A stretch of 64,000 bases of DNA, taken from the NCBI GenBank assembly GCA_049242285.1, contig JBMLPD010000472.1:6279-70278 (forward strand), read 5' to 3'. The notes under the pieces are model-generated. The model searched no databases, was not told the origin of the DNA, and worked only from the letters and a program-made list of their open reading frames with translations. This document shows, piece by piece, positions 9,753 through 19,059 of this stretch. Position 1 is the stretch's first letter. Every line of letters begins with the position of its first letter. This DNA comes from Rubrivivax sp. (GTDB lineage Bacteria; Pseudomonadota; Gammaproteobacteria; Burkholderiales; Burkholderiaceae_C). Made by a program: the position numbers and the translations under genes.

Positions 9753-10045
9753 CGGCACCCCACCATGTTGGCCGCCATGCAAAGGCTGATCTTCTCGAAC
9801 GTGACCACCGCGTAGGCGATCAGCAGCAGCAAAAACGTGACCAGGGGAACATGTCGGTCCGCCACCTGGCGCGGCGTGATCCAGCGCACGGGCACCGTGA
9901 AGGGCTTGGCGATGACCTGCAGCAACCTGTAGAAGACATTGCCGTTCCGGCGTGCGCCGGCCAGCACGTACAGCGCACCCTGCCCCGCCAGCGCCAACAA
10001 GGCGATGTAGAGCACCAACTGGACGAGGTTCAGGACGTTCAACAT
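9749..10045 (-). CDS. Small integral membrane protein, family not recognised
   Basis: MLNVLNLVQLVLYIALLALAGQGALYVLAG...HVPLVTFLLLLIAYAVVTF.. has at least two hydrophobic helices. Third-position GC is high. ORF trimmed to ATG 10045. Confidence 0.6.
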   Translation of the reverse strand: MLNVLNLVQLVLYIALLALAGQGALYVLAGARRNGNVFYRLLQVIAKPFTVPVRWITPRQVADRHVPLVTFLLLLIAYAVVTFEKISLCMAANMVGCR

Positions 10046-10150
10046 ACGGCTTCTCACTCTTTGGCCCACGGCTTACGGATGCCTGACTTTGCGGCCTCCG
10101 ACTCTCGACAACCCTGAGAGGGGTTCCCCTAAGTCAAAGACCCTACAAAT

Positions 10151-12550
10151 CTAGGGTGTCAAGCCGGCCAGCCGATGCCAGGTGTCCACCACCGTGTCCG
10201 GATTGAGAGAGATCGACACGATGCCCTCCTGGGCCAGCCAATCCGCAAAGTCCGGATGGTCGCTGGGACCTTGCCCGCAGATGCCGACGTACTTGCCCGT
10301 GGCCCGGCAGGCCGCGATGGCCCGGGAGATCATGGCCTTGACGGCCGGGTCGCGCTCATCGAAGTCGTTGGCCAGCAGTTCCATCCCGGAGTCGCGGTCC
10401 AGCCCCAGGGTCAGCTGGGTGAGGTCGTTCGAGCCGATGGACATGCCGTCGAAGTGGTGCAGGAACTGGTCAGCCAGGATGGCGTTGCTGGGCACTTCGC
10501 ACATCATGATCAGGCGCAGGCCGTTCTGACCGCGCTTGAGGCCGCGCTCGGCCAGCATCTCGCCCACACGTTCGGCCTGACGCACCGTCCGCACGAAGGG
10601 CACCATCAGCTCCACGTTGGTCAGGCCCATGTCGTTGCGCACGCGTTTGATGGCCTCGCATTCCATGCCGAAGGCGTCACTGAAGTCACCGCTGATGTAG
10701 CGGCTGGCACCCCGGAAGCCGAGCATCGGGTTCTCTTCATCGGGCTCGTAGCGGGCACCACCGATCAGCTTGCGGTACTCGTTGCTCTTGAAATCTGACA
10801 GGCGCACGATCACCGGCTTGGGCCAGAAGGCTGCCGCGATGGTGGCCACGCCCTCGGCCAGCTTGTCCACGTAGAAGGCGCGCGGCGAGGCGTGGCCGCG
10901 CGCCACGGACTCCACCGCTTTCTTCAGCTCGGCGTCCACGTTCGGATAGTCGAGGATGGCCTTCGGGTGCACCCCGATGTTGTTGTTGATGATGAACTCC
11001 AGCCGCGCCAGCCCCACGCCGGAGTTCGGCATCTGGGCGAAGTCGAAGGCCAGCTGCGGGTTGCCGACGTTCATCATGATCTTGATGGGGCAATACGGCA
11101 TGTCGCCGCGGCGCACCTCTCGCACCTCGGTCTCCAGCAGGCCGTCGAAGACGTAGCCGGTATCGCCTTCGGAGCAAGCCACCGTCACCAGCGCACCTTC
11201 AACCACCTTGTCAGTGGCGTCACCGCAGCCCACCACGGCGGGAATGCCCAGCTCTCGCGCGATGATGGCTGCGTGGCAGGTACGCCCGCCCCGGTTGGTG
11301 ACGATGGCGCTGGCCCGCTTCATCACCGGCTCCCAGTTCGGATCGGTCATGTCGGTCACCAGCACGTCACCGGGCTGCACGCGGTCCATCTCGGCGATCG
11401 ACTGCACGATGCGCACCGGGCCGGTGCCGATCTTCTGTCCGATGGCACGACCCTCGGCCAGGACGGTGCCCGTGCCCTTGAGGCTGTAGCGGTGTTCCAC
11501 CTGACCGGCCGCCTGGCTCTTCACGGTTTCCGGCCGCGCCTGCAGGATGTAGATCTTTCCATCCACACCGTCCTTGCCCCACTCGATGTCCATGGGCCGG
11601 CCATAGTGCTGCTCGATGATGAGCGCGTAACGGGCCAGTTCGATGACGTCGTCATCGGTCAGCGAGTAGCGGTTGCGCCATTCGATGGCCGTGTCCACGG
11701 TCTTGACCAGACGGCCGCCGGGCGTGCGTTCAGCCGCGCCCACGAACTCCATGCGCAGCAGCTTGGAGCCCAGCACCCTGCGGATGATGGGGTACTTGCC
11801 GTTGCGCAGGGCCGGCTTGTGCACATAGAACTCGTCAGGGTTCACAGCGCCCTGCACCACCGTCTCGCCCAGTCCGTAGCTGGACGTGATGAAGACCACG
11901 TCATCGAAGCCGCTTTCGGTATCGATGGTGAACATCACGCCGGCCGACCCGAGGTCAGAACGCACCATGCGCTGCACCCCGGCGGACAGGGCCACGCCAT
12001 CGTGCGCAAACCCCTTGTGGACGCGGTAGCTGATGGCGCGGTCGTTGTAGAGCGAGGCGAACACCTCCTTCATGCGGTGGAGCACGTCGTCGATGCCCAC
12101 CACGTTCAGGAAGGTTTCCTGCTGGCCGGCAAAGGAGGCGTCGGGCAGGTCCTCGGCGGTGGCGGAGGAACGCACCGCGAAACTGCCCTGCCCATCGGCG
12201 TCCAGACGTGCGAACGCCGCACGGATGGCAGCCTCCAGATCGGCCGGGAAAGGTGCCGCACTGACCCAGCCGCGGATCTCCTCGCCAGCCTGCGCCAGGG
12301 CGCGCACGTCTTCGGTGTCGAGCTCGGCCAGCCGCCTGGAAATGCGATCCGACAGACCGCTTTCCTGCAGGAAGCGCCTGAAGGCCCCTGCGGTGGTGGC
12401 GAAGCCGCCCGGCACACGAACGCCTGAGGCGGCGAGCTGGCTGATCATTTCGCCCAGGGAGGCGTTCTTGCCACCGACCGACTCGACGTCGGTCATCCTC
12501 AGATGTTCAAACGGCACGACCAGGGCGGTCGCCAGATTCGCAAGTGACAT
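10151..12550 (-). CDS. ppsA: Phosphoenolpyruvate synthase (pyruvate, water dikinase)
   Basis: ..[23 protein letters not shown].., ..[21 protein letters not shown].. (phospho-His domain), and a C-terminal PEP-utilising domain. ATG 12550 is preceded by GGAG. Confidence 0.97.
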   Translation of the reverse strand: MSLANLATALVVPFEHLRMTDVESVGGKNASLGEMISQLAASGVRVPGGFATTAGAFRRFLQESGLSDRISRRLAELDTEDVRALAQAGEEIRGWVSAAPFPADLEAAIRAAFARLDADGQGSFAVRSSATAEDLPDASFAGQQETFLNVVGIDDVLHRMKEVFASLYNDRAISYRVHKGFAHDGVALSAGVQRMVRSDLGSAGVMFTIDTESGFDDVVFITSSYGLGETVVQGAVNPDEFYVHKPALRNGKYPIIRRVLGSKLLRMEFVGAAERTPGGRLVKTVDTAIEWRNRYSLTDDDVIELARYALIIEQHYGRPMDIEWGKDGVDGKIYILQARPETVKSQAAGQVEHRYSLKGTGTVLAEGRAIGQKIGTGPVRIVQSIAEMDRVQPGDVLVTDMTDPNWEPVMKRASAIVTNRGGRTCHAAIIARELGIPAVVGCGDATDKVVEGALVTVACSEGDTGYVFDGLLETEVREVRRGDMPYCPIKIMMNVGNPQLAFDFAQMPNSGVGLARLEFIINNNIGVHPKAILDYPNVDAELKKAVESVARGHASPRAFYVDKLAEGVATIAAAFWPKPVIVRLSDFKSNEYRKLIGGARYEPDEENPMLGFRGASRYISGDFSDAFGMECEAIKRVRNDMGLTNVELMVPFVRTVRQAERVGEMLAERGLKRGQNGLRLIMMCEVPSNAILADQFLHHFDGMSIGSNDLTQLTLGLDRDSGMELLANDFDERDPAVKAMISRAIAACRATGKYVGICGQGPSDHPDFADWLAQEGIVSISLNPDTVVDTWHRLAGLTP

Positions 12551-12683
12551 GGGAAAGCTCCGTGATGACAAGAAACGGGGGCTTTCGCGCGCAGCATCAG
12601 GGCGGGCCAGCAGCGTTCGGGCTGTTCTTGTGGGCGGCGGCCGACGGTCATGGAGATGTGCGTGAGGCGCGAATCGCTCGCAG

Positions 12684-12689
12684 ATTGTA
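12684..12689 (-). promoter_or_regulatory. -10-like hexamer TACAAT upstream of ppsA
   Basis: Forward attgta = minus-strand TACAAT, about 130 nt upstream of the ppsA ATG. It is back-to-back with the plus-strand TATGAT at 12702..12707. Confidence 0.3.
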
Positions 12690-12705
12690 GGGAGTAATGC
12701 CTATG

Positions 12706-12731
12706 ATCCTGACATTGCCGACTGTCAGGAT
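12706..12731 (+). promoter_or_regulatory. Perfect 9-bp inverted repeat covering the ppsR ribosome-binding site
   Basis: ATCCTGACA-N8-TGTCAGGAT. The right arm contains AGGA (12727..12730), 7 nt before the ppsR ATG. The left arm overlaps the TATGAT -10-like hexamer. Confidence 0.4.
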
Positions 12732-12737
12732 TGAGCC

Positions 12738-13562
12738 ATGCCCACACGCACCGTCTTCTTCGTCTCGGACGGCACGGGCATCACGGCCGAAACCTTCGGC
12801 AACTCCATCCTGGCCCAGTTCGCGGCCACGCCGCGCCATGTGCGCCGGCCCTTCATCGACAGCGTGGACAAGGCGCTGGCGGTGCAGCACGAGATCGAGG
12901 AAACGGCAAACCGCGAGGGGCGCAGGCCCATCGTCTTCATCACCCTGGTGAACGATGAAGTGCGGCAGGTGATTGCCCGACCCGACGCCAAGGGGCTCGT
13001 CCTGGACATGTTCAGGACTTTCGTGGAGCCGCTGGAGGCAGAGTTCGGCGTCAAGAGCAACCACCGGGTGGGCCGCTTCTCCGACGCCGCCAAGAGCCAG
13101 GAGTACAACGATCGCATCGCCGCCATCAACTTCTCGCTGGCCCATGACGATGGCCAATCGGCCCGCAACCTCGCCGAGGCCGATGTGATCCTGATCGGCG
13201 TCAGCCGCTGCGGCAAGACCCCCACCAGCCTGTACCTGGCCATGCAGCACGGTGTCAAGGCGGCCAATTACCCCCTGATCCCGGAAGACTTCGATCGTGG
13301 TCGCATGCCGGCGCCTTTGGTTCCCTACAAGTCGAAGTGCTTCGGCCTCACGATCGACCCCGACCGGCTCGCTCAGGTGCGCCACGAGCGCCGCCCAGGC
13401 AGCACCTACGCCTCACTGAACAACTGCCGGCAAGAGGTGCGGGCTGCAGAGTCGATGATGCGGCGCGAGGGCATCGGCTGGCTGTCGTCAACGCACAAGT
13501 CGATCGAAGAGATCGCCACCACCATCCTGCGGGACATCAGGCCCGACCGGTTGATCTACTGA
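12738..13562 (+). CDS. ppsR: PEP synthase regulatory protein (pyruvate, water dikinase kinase/phosphorylase, DUF299)
   Basis: MPTRTVFFVSDGTGITAETFGNSILAQF.., P-loop ..GVSRCGKTPTSLYLA..; divergent from ppsA, as is typical. Confidence 0.95.
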   Translation: MPTRTVFFVSDGTGITAETFGNSILAQFAATPRHVRRPFIDSVDKALAVQHEIEETANREGRRPIVFITLVNDEVRQVIARPDAKGLVLDMFRTFVEPLEAEFGVKSNHRVGRFSDAAKSQEYNDRIAAINFSLAHDDGQSARNLAEADVILIGVSRCGKTPTSLYLAMQHGVKAANYPLIPEDFDRGRMPAPLVPYKSKCFGLTIDPDRLAQVRHERRPGSTYASLNNCRQEVRAAESMMRREGIGWLSSTHKSIEEIATTILRDIRPDRLIY

Positions 13563-13604
13563 GCCGATTCGCCGCAGCCTGGACGTGCTGCGCGCAGGCC
13601 GAAC

Positions 13605-14459
13605 TCAGGCAAGCCGCTGCCGCGCCGACTCGTACAGACAGATGGCCGCTGCGGCCGCCACGTTCAGGGACTCTTCGCCACCGGGCTGGGGAATTCGCAC
13701 CGTCAAGCGGCACCGCTCCAGCAGTGCGGGAGCCACACCCTGCCCCTCATGCCCCAGGACCCAGACGCAAGGGTCTGGCAGGGTCACCCGGCCCAGCACC
13801 GCACCGGCGTGCGAACTGGTGGCGACCCAGACCGCAGGCGCCGCCCGTGAGTCCTCCAAGGGCCTGCCGAGCGCCGGCAAATGCGAAGACGCCCGTCCAG
13901 ATACCGTGCCTGCCAGCGCCAGGGCGCTGACGTCCACCGCCTCACACAGTTCCAGGGCGAAGTGCGCACCCATGCCGGCGCGCAGCACCTTGGGAGACCA
14001 CAGCGCGGCTGTGCCCGGGGCGGTCCAGACCTGCCGCACACCCAGCGCACTGGCCGTGCGCAAGATGCTTCCCACGTTGCCCGGGTCCTGAAGACGGTCC
14101 AGCAGCACGGCAGGCCCACCCGGATCGGGTGCTGCATCAGGCGGCAGGGCCGCCACGAAGACCACGCCCGCAGCCGATGGCAGCGCGCTGACCTGGCTGA
14201 GCAGGGAGTCAGCCACCAACTGAACCTGCTGCGCGCCCAAGGCCAGATCGCGCAGTGGCCGGTGCTGCCAGGCGGACTGCGCGAACACCGCGATGCGCGG
14301 CCGCCCCCCACGCGCCCGGTAAGCAGCGCAAAGGTGCTCGCCTTCGATGCAGATCTCACCCTCGCTGCGGTAGGCCGCGGGATGGGTGAGCAACTGCCTC
14401 AGCCGCTTCAGCAGCGGATTGCTCCGCGAGGTGATCACAGACGGCTCAGGCAGGCTCAT
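13605..14459 (-). CDS. TrmH/SpoU-family RNA 2'-O-methyltransferase
   Basis: ..[23 protein letters not shown].., ..VLGHEGQGV.., ..[22 protein letters not shown].. are SpoU motifs. The ATG overlaps the rnhB stop. Confidence 0.9.
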   Translation of the reverse strand: MSLPEPSVITSRSNPLLKRLRQLLTHPAAYRSEGEICIEGEHLCAAYRARGGRPRIAVFAQSAWQHRPLRDLALGAQQVQLVADSLLSQVSALPSAAGVVFVAALPPDAAPDPGGPAVLLDRLQDPGNVGSILRTASALGVRQVWTAPGTAALWSPKVLRAGMGAHFALELCEAVDVSALALAGTVSGRASSHLPALGRPLEDSRAAPAVWVATSSHAGAVLGRVTLPDPCVWVLGHEGQGVAPALLERCRLTVRIPQPGGEESLNVAAAAAICLYESARQRLA

Positions 14460-15082
14460 GCCGGAGCCTGACAGTCACGAACCGGGCCAAAACTGCGGCG
14501 GTGGACCGGGCTGGGGCCATGGCGGCGCAGCGCCTCGAGGTGTTCCGGCGTGGGATAGCCCTTGTGTGCGGCAAAACCGTACTGCGGGAACCGTTCGTGT
14601 GCTTCCTGGCACCAGGCATCGCGCCGCACCTTGGCCACGATGGAGGCCGCCGAGATGGCCGGCACCAAGGCATCGCCCTTGACGACGGCCTGCGCCGGAA
14701 CTGACAGGACAGGCAGACGGTTGCCATCCACCAGAACCAGCGCCGGCGTGAGCCGAAGGCTCTGCACCGCCCGGCTCATCGCCCGCAGCGTGGCCTGCAG
14801 AACGTTGAGCTCATCAATTTCCTGAGGCGCAGCCCAGGCCACCTCCACGCACAGGGCCTTGGCGCAGATCTCGTCGTGAAGCCTCTGACGTGCACGCGCG
14901 GTCAATGTCTTGGAGTCCGCCAGGCCCTGGATCGGTCTGGCGTCGTCCAGGACCACGGCCGCCGCCACGACCGGCCCCGCCAAAGGCCCGCGGCCCGCCT
15001 CGTCCACGCCCGCCATGAGACCGCGCACCTTCCAGGCCAGCGCCAGTTGCTCAGGTCCTCTTGATGATTTTCGCGATGGCAT
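14456..15082 (-). CDS. rnhB: Ribonuclease HII
   Basis: ..[26 protein letters not shown].., ..ADSKTLTA... Start placed at ATG 15082 ([22 protein letters not shown]..), which overlaps the lpxB end by 32 nt. ATG 15016 is an alternative. Confidence 0.88.
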   Translation of the reverse strand: MPSRKSSRGPEQLALAWKVRGLMAGVDEAGRGPLAGPVVAAAVVLDDARPIQGLADSKTLTARARQRLHDEICAKALCVEVAWAAPQEIDELNVLQATLRAMSRAVQSLRLTPALVLVDGNRLPVLSVPAQAVVKGDALVPAISAASIVAKVRRDAWCQEAHERFPQYGFAAHKGYPTPEHLEALRRHGPSPVHRRSFGPVRDCQAPA

Positions 15083-16202
15083 CGGTGGCTCGGGTGGCAG
15101 TGTCGCAACGCAACTGGTGGTGCAGCGCCGTGAAGCGCTCGCGCAGTTGCTCGCGGCGCGCATCCTGGTCCAGCCAGCGCAGCGCCTCGTCCGCCAGGCG
15201 CTGGGGCTTGCAAGCCTCTTGAATGAGCTCGGGCACCACAAACTCCCGGCACAGGATGTTGGGCAGCCCCACCCATGGCTGGTAGGCCATGCGCTTCATC
15301 AATTGCCAGCTCAAGGGATGCATGCGATATGCGATGACCATCGGGCGCTTGAACAGGGCGGCTTCCAACGTGGCGGTGCCGCTGGCGATCAGGGTCAGGT
15401 CACACGACGCCAGGGCCTCGTGCGAGCGACCGGTCAGCATCTGAAGACCCTGCGGCCCGTGGGTGGCCGCCAGCGGACGCAACAGATCGTCCAGCCCAGG
15501 CGCGACGGGCAGCACGAAACGGAGGTTTGGTCGAGCGGCCTGCAGCAGGCGAGCGGCCTGCAGGAGAGCTGGCGCGATGTACTGGATCTCCGATCGCCGA
15601 CTGCCCGGCAGCAGGGCCAGCACCGTCGCATCTTCCGGCAGTTCCAGGGCCCGGCGTGCAGCCAGACGGTCAGGCTCCAGGGGAATCAGATCGGCCAAGG
15701 GGTGCCCCACATACGTGGCAGCCACGCCTTGTGCGCTGAGCAATTCGGGCTCGAAGGGAAACAGGCAGAGCACATGGTCGGCACTGCGGGCGATGCGCTT
15801 GGCGCGGCCGCCACGCCAGGCCCAGATCGAGGGGCAGACGAAGTGGATGCTCGGAATGCCCTGCTGCTTGAGCCGCTGTTCCAGCCCGAGGTTGAAGTCC
15901 GGAGCATCGATGCCGATGAAGGCCTGCGGCGGTTGGGCCAGCAGTCTGTCCGTCAGCCGCTCGCGGATACGCGAGATGTCACGGTAATGCCGCAAGACCT
16001 CCACATAGCCCCGGACCGCCAGCCGCTGGCTGGGCCACCAGGCCTGAAACCCGCACGCCGCCATCATCGGCCCGCCAATGCCCGCAGCCGACAGGGCGGG
16101 CCAGCGCCCGTGCATGGCCTTGAGCAGCAGACCGCCCAGCAGATCGCCCGAGGCCTCACCCGCCACCATCGCCACATTCATGGGGAAGTCATCAGCAGCC
16201 AT
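15051..16202 (-). CDS. lpxB: Lipid-A-disaccharide synthase
   Basis: ..[21 protein letters not shown].. matches the LpxB family (GT19). Position after lpxA supports the call. Confidence 0.95.
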   Translation of the reverse strand: MAADDFPMNVAMVAGEASGDLLGGLLLKAMHGRWPALSAAGIGGPMMAACGFQAWWPSQRLAVRGYVEVLRHYRDISRIRERLTDRLLAQPPQAFIGIDAPDFNLGLEQRLKQQGIPSIHFVCPSIWAWRGGRAKRIARSADHVLCLFPFEPELLSAQGVAATYVGHPLADLIPLEPDRLAARRALELPEDATVLALLPGSRRSEIQYIAPALLQAARLLQAARPNLRFVLPVAPGLDDLLRPLAATHGPQGLQMLTGRSHEALASCDLTLIASGTATLEAALFKRPMVIAYRMHPLSWQLMKRMAYQPWVGLPNILCREFVVPELIQEACKPQRLADEALRWLDQDARREQLRERFTALHHQLRCDTATRATDAIAKIIKRT

Positions 16203-16249
16203 GTGAGCAGCACGCGCTAGGGCTCTGGAGCGGGGCAGTGGACGACCCG

Positions 16250-17047
16250 TCAGCGTGCGATGCCCCGGGTGGAGGCGGCCAGGAAGTCCAGCATGAGACG
16301 CAGATCTCCCAGGGCCAGGGGATCTGCGGCAGGGTCTTGGGCAAGTGTCTCGATACGCTGCCGCGCCAGCTCCAAGGTCAGGCCCTCGCGGTACAGCAGG
16401 CGGTGCATCTGCCTGACCTGCGCGATGCGCTCACGCGAAAACCCGCGCCGCCTCAGGCCTTCCACGTTGAAGCCGTGTACCGCCAGCGGGTTGCCCGAGA
16501 CCATCATGAAAGGCGGCACGTCCTGTGAGACGTGGCTCTGGAAACCGGTCATGGCGTGGGCGCCCACATGGCAGAACTGGTGAATGCCGGTCAGGCCGCC
16601 CACGATGGCCCAATCGCCCAGGTGCACGTGGCCAGCCAACGTGGCGTTGTTGGCCAGGATGGTGTGAGACCCCACCTGCACATCATGCGCAAGGTGGACA
16701 TAGGCCATCACCCAGTTGTCGTTGCCCAGGCGAGTGACGCCGGCATCCTGCACCGTGCCACGGTTGAAGGTACAGAACTCGCGGATGGTGTTGCGGTCGC
16801 CGATGTGAAGGGCCGTGGGTTCGCCGCGGTACTTCATGTCCTGGGGCGCGCCGCCCAGTACGCAATGGGCATGGATACGGTTGTCCCGACCGATGACCGT
16901 GGGCCCTTCCAGCACGCAATGGCCCGCAATCTGCGTCCCGGCGCCGACGGTCACGCCCGCTCCGATGAGTGCGTACGGCCCGACGGTGACATCGGCGTCC
17001 AGCTCGGCCCGAGGATCGACGATGGCGGTGGCGTGGATCCGTGTCAT
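16250..17047 (-). CDS. lpxA: Acyl-ACP--UDP-N-acetylglucosamine O-acyltransferase
   Basis: [29 protein letters not shown].. contains hexapeptide repeats. C-terminal helical domain present. Confidence 0.97.
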   Translation of the reverse strand: MTRIHATAIVDPRAELDADVTVGPYALIGAGVTVGAGTQIAGHCVLEGPTVIGRDNRIHAHCVLGGAPQDMKYRGEPTALHIGDRNTIREFCTFNRGTVQDAGVTRLGNDNWVMAYVHLAHDVQVGSHTILANNATLAGHVHLGDWAIVGGLTGIHQFCHVGAHAMTGFQSHVSQDVPPFMMVSGNPLAVHGFNVEGLRRRGFSRERIAQVRQMHRLLYREGLTLELARQRIETLAQDPAADPLALGDLRLMLDFLAASTRGIAR

Positions 17048-17060
17048 GCCGCCGCGGCCC

Positions 17061-17504
17061 TCAGCCCACCTTGCGGATGGTGCACATCAGCTGGGCTTCC
17101 ACGGCCAGTTCACCCTGCACGCTGGCCCGGGCGGCAAACTTGTAGATGCCTGCCTTGGCGCGCACCAGCGTCACGTCAAGCATCAGCTGGTCGCCCGGCT
17201 CCACGGGTCGCTTGAAGCGTGCGCCATCGATGCCAGCGAAGTAGTAGACCGTGTTGTCATCTGGATCCTGGCCGGCGGATTCGAACGACAGCAGCCCGGC
17301 CGCCTGCGCCAGGGCTTCCAGCATCAACACCCCCGGCATCACGGGGCGATGCGGGAAGTGACCCAGGAAGTAGGGCTCGTTGATAGACACGTTCTTGAGG
17401 GCCTTGATGCGCACGCCGCTCTCGATCTCCAGCACCCTGTCAATCAGCAGGATGGGGTAGCGGTGAGGCAGCTTCCTGAGCACGCCGTGGATGTCCATCC
17501 TCAT
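17061..17504 (-). CDS. fabZ: 3-hydroxyacyl-ACP dehydratase FabZ
   Basis: ..[38 protein letters not shown].. Confidence 0.97.
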   Translation of the reverse strand: MRMDIHGVLRKLPHRYPILLIDRVLEIESGVRIKALKNVSINEPYFLGHFPHRPVMPGVLMLEALAQAAGLLSFESAGQDPDDNTVYYFAGIDGARFKRPVEPGDQLMLDVTLVRAKAGIYKFAARASVQGELAVEAQLMCTIRKVG

Positions 17505-17507
17505 GAT

Positions 17508-18533
17508 CTAACCTCTTTCCAGTGCCCTCAGGCGATCTCGCAGGGCATGCAGCTGCCGCAACGTGGCGGCGTTCTTTTCCCAGGCGGCATTTTCTTCGAA
17601 GGGGTAGACGCCGCTGTAGTGGCCCGGCTTGAGAATCGACCGGGTGATCACGGTTGCAGCAGACACGTGCACGTGGTCGGCCAGCTCCAGGTGACCCAGG
17701 ATGATGGCGCCTCCGCCCACCGTGCAGTGCGCACCGATGCGGGCGCTGCCCGCCACCCCCACACAAGCCGCCATCGCCGTGTGCGCTCCGATGCGCACGT
17801 TGTGGCCGATCTGGATCAGGTTGTCCAGCTTGACGCCCTGTTCGATCACGGTATCTTCCAGCGCTCCACGGTCGATGCACGTGTGGGCACCGATCTCCAC
17901 GTCATCCCCTATCCTCACCGCGCCCAGCTGTTCGATCTTCTCCCAGCCGCCTTGACTGGGGGCAAAGCCGAACCCATCAGCACCGATCACCACGCCTGCG
18001 TGCAGGATGCACCGGTCACCGACGCTGCACCCATGGCCAATCACCGCATGGGGACCGAGACGGCTGGACGCACCCAGCGCCGCCTGCGCCTCGATGACGG
18101 CATGAGAGCCTACCCTCGCCCCAGGGCCTACGCGCGCGCCAGCCCCGATCACCGCCAGGGCTTCCACGCGCGCCGTGGGATGCACCTGGGCCGAGGCATC
18201 CACCACTGCGGCCGCGTGCACGCCAGGGGTGAGCGGCGCGTTCGCGGTTTCCCGCGCCCACCATTGGGTCAGCCGGGCAAAGGCCAGGTACGGGTCATCA
18301 CAAAGGATGGCGCTGGCAAGGCGGGCCGCCTGCTCCCGGTAGCGCGGACTGAGGATGACGCACGCCGCGCGCGTTCGCGCCAACTGCGATTCGTAACGAG
18401 GATTGGAAAGGAAGGAGACGGTGCGCTCGTCGGCCTCCAGGAGAGACCTGATGCGATCGACCACCACGTCGGGCGAACCGACCAACTCCCCACCGAGCAA
18501 CGCGCTCAGGTCTCCAACCCGAACCCCAGGCAC
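17508..18533 (-). CDS. lpxD: UDP-3-O-acylglucosamine N-acyltransferase
   Basis: Left-handed beta-helix repeats and an LpxD N-domain (..[16 protein letters not shown]..). The start codon is GTG. Confidence 0.95.
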   Translation of the reverse strand: MPGVRVGDLSALLGGELVGSPDVVVDRIRSLLEADERTVSFLSNPRYESQLARTRAACVILSPRYREQAARLASAILCDDPYLAFARLTQWWARETANAPLTPGVHAAAVVDASAQVHPTARVEALAVIGAGARVGPGARVGSHAVIEAQAALGASSRLGPHAVIGHGCSVGDRCILHAGVVIGADGFGFAPSQGGWEKIEQLGAVRIGDDVEIGAHTCIDRGALEDTVIEQGVKLDNLIQIGHNVRIGAHTAMAACVGVAGSARIGAHCTVGGGAIILGHLELADHVHVSAATVITRSILKPGHYSGVYPFEENAAWEKNAATLRQLHALRDRLRALERG

Positions 18534-18546
18534 GTCCAGCAGGCCG

Positions 18547-19059
18547 TCACTTGGCCGGTGCGTTCAGGGCGCGTATCACCTTGTCGGTGATGTCCACTCG
18601 CGGCCCTGCGAACACCACCTCCTGCAAGATGGCGTCGTACTTCTCGGACTCAAAAATCTGCCGAATCACGCGGTTGGCACGCTCCACCACTGCCGCGAGT
18701 TCCTCGTTCTTGCGCTGGTTCAGGTCTTCCTGGAACTCGCGCTGCTTGCGCTGAAGGTCACGCTCCTGGTCCACAAGCTCGCGCTGCCGACGCGTCTTCT
18801 CGGACTCCGGCAGCGTGGGGGCATCTTTTTCGAACTTGTCGGCCGCTGCCTTGAGACGGTTGCGGATGTCAGTCAACTCGCGCTCGCGTCGACCGAACTC
18901 CGCTTCCAGCTTGGCCTGTGCAGCCTTGGCCGGGGCGGAGTCACGCAGCACCCGCTCGCTGTTGACGTAACCGAGCTTGAGTTCCTGCGCAGCAGCCGGC
19001 GTGACCCACAAGCACAGGGCCGCCGCGCAGGCGCCGATGATCTTGGCGAAGACTTTCAT
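18547..19059 (-). CDS. skp: OmpH/Skp-family periplasmic chaperone
   Basis: Signal peptide followed by a coiled, Lys/Glu/Arg-rich body. Position between bamA and lpxD. The ATG overlaps the bamA stop as ATGA. Confidence 0.9.
   Translation of the reverse strand: MKVFAKIIGACAAALCLWVTPAAAQELKLGYVNSERVLRDSAPAKAAQAKLEAEFGRRERELTDIRNRLKAAADKFEKDAPTLPESEKTRRQRELVDQERDLQRKQREFQEDLNQRKNEELAAVVERANRVIRQIFESEKYDAILQEVVFAGPRVDITDKVIRALNAPAK

Noticed and set aside
12679-12692. 14-nt exact repeat cgcagattgtaggg shared by the ppsA upstream region (12679..12692) and the hisZ upstream region (36330..36343)
   Set aside because: I considered it as a dispersed repeat or a shared operator. However, a single 14-mer coincidence is expected by chance in 64 kb. 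The shared core is just a -10 hexamer (TACAAT) plus a few flanking bases, and the flanks diverge immediately.
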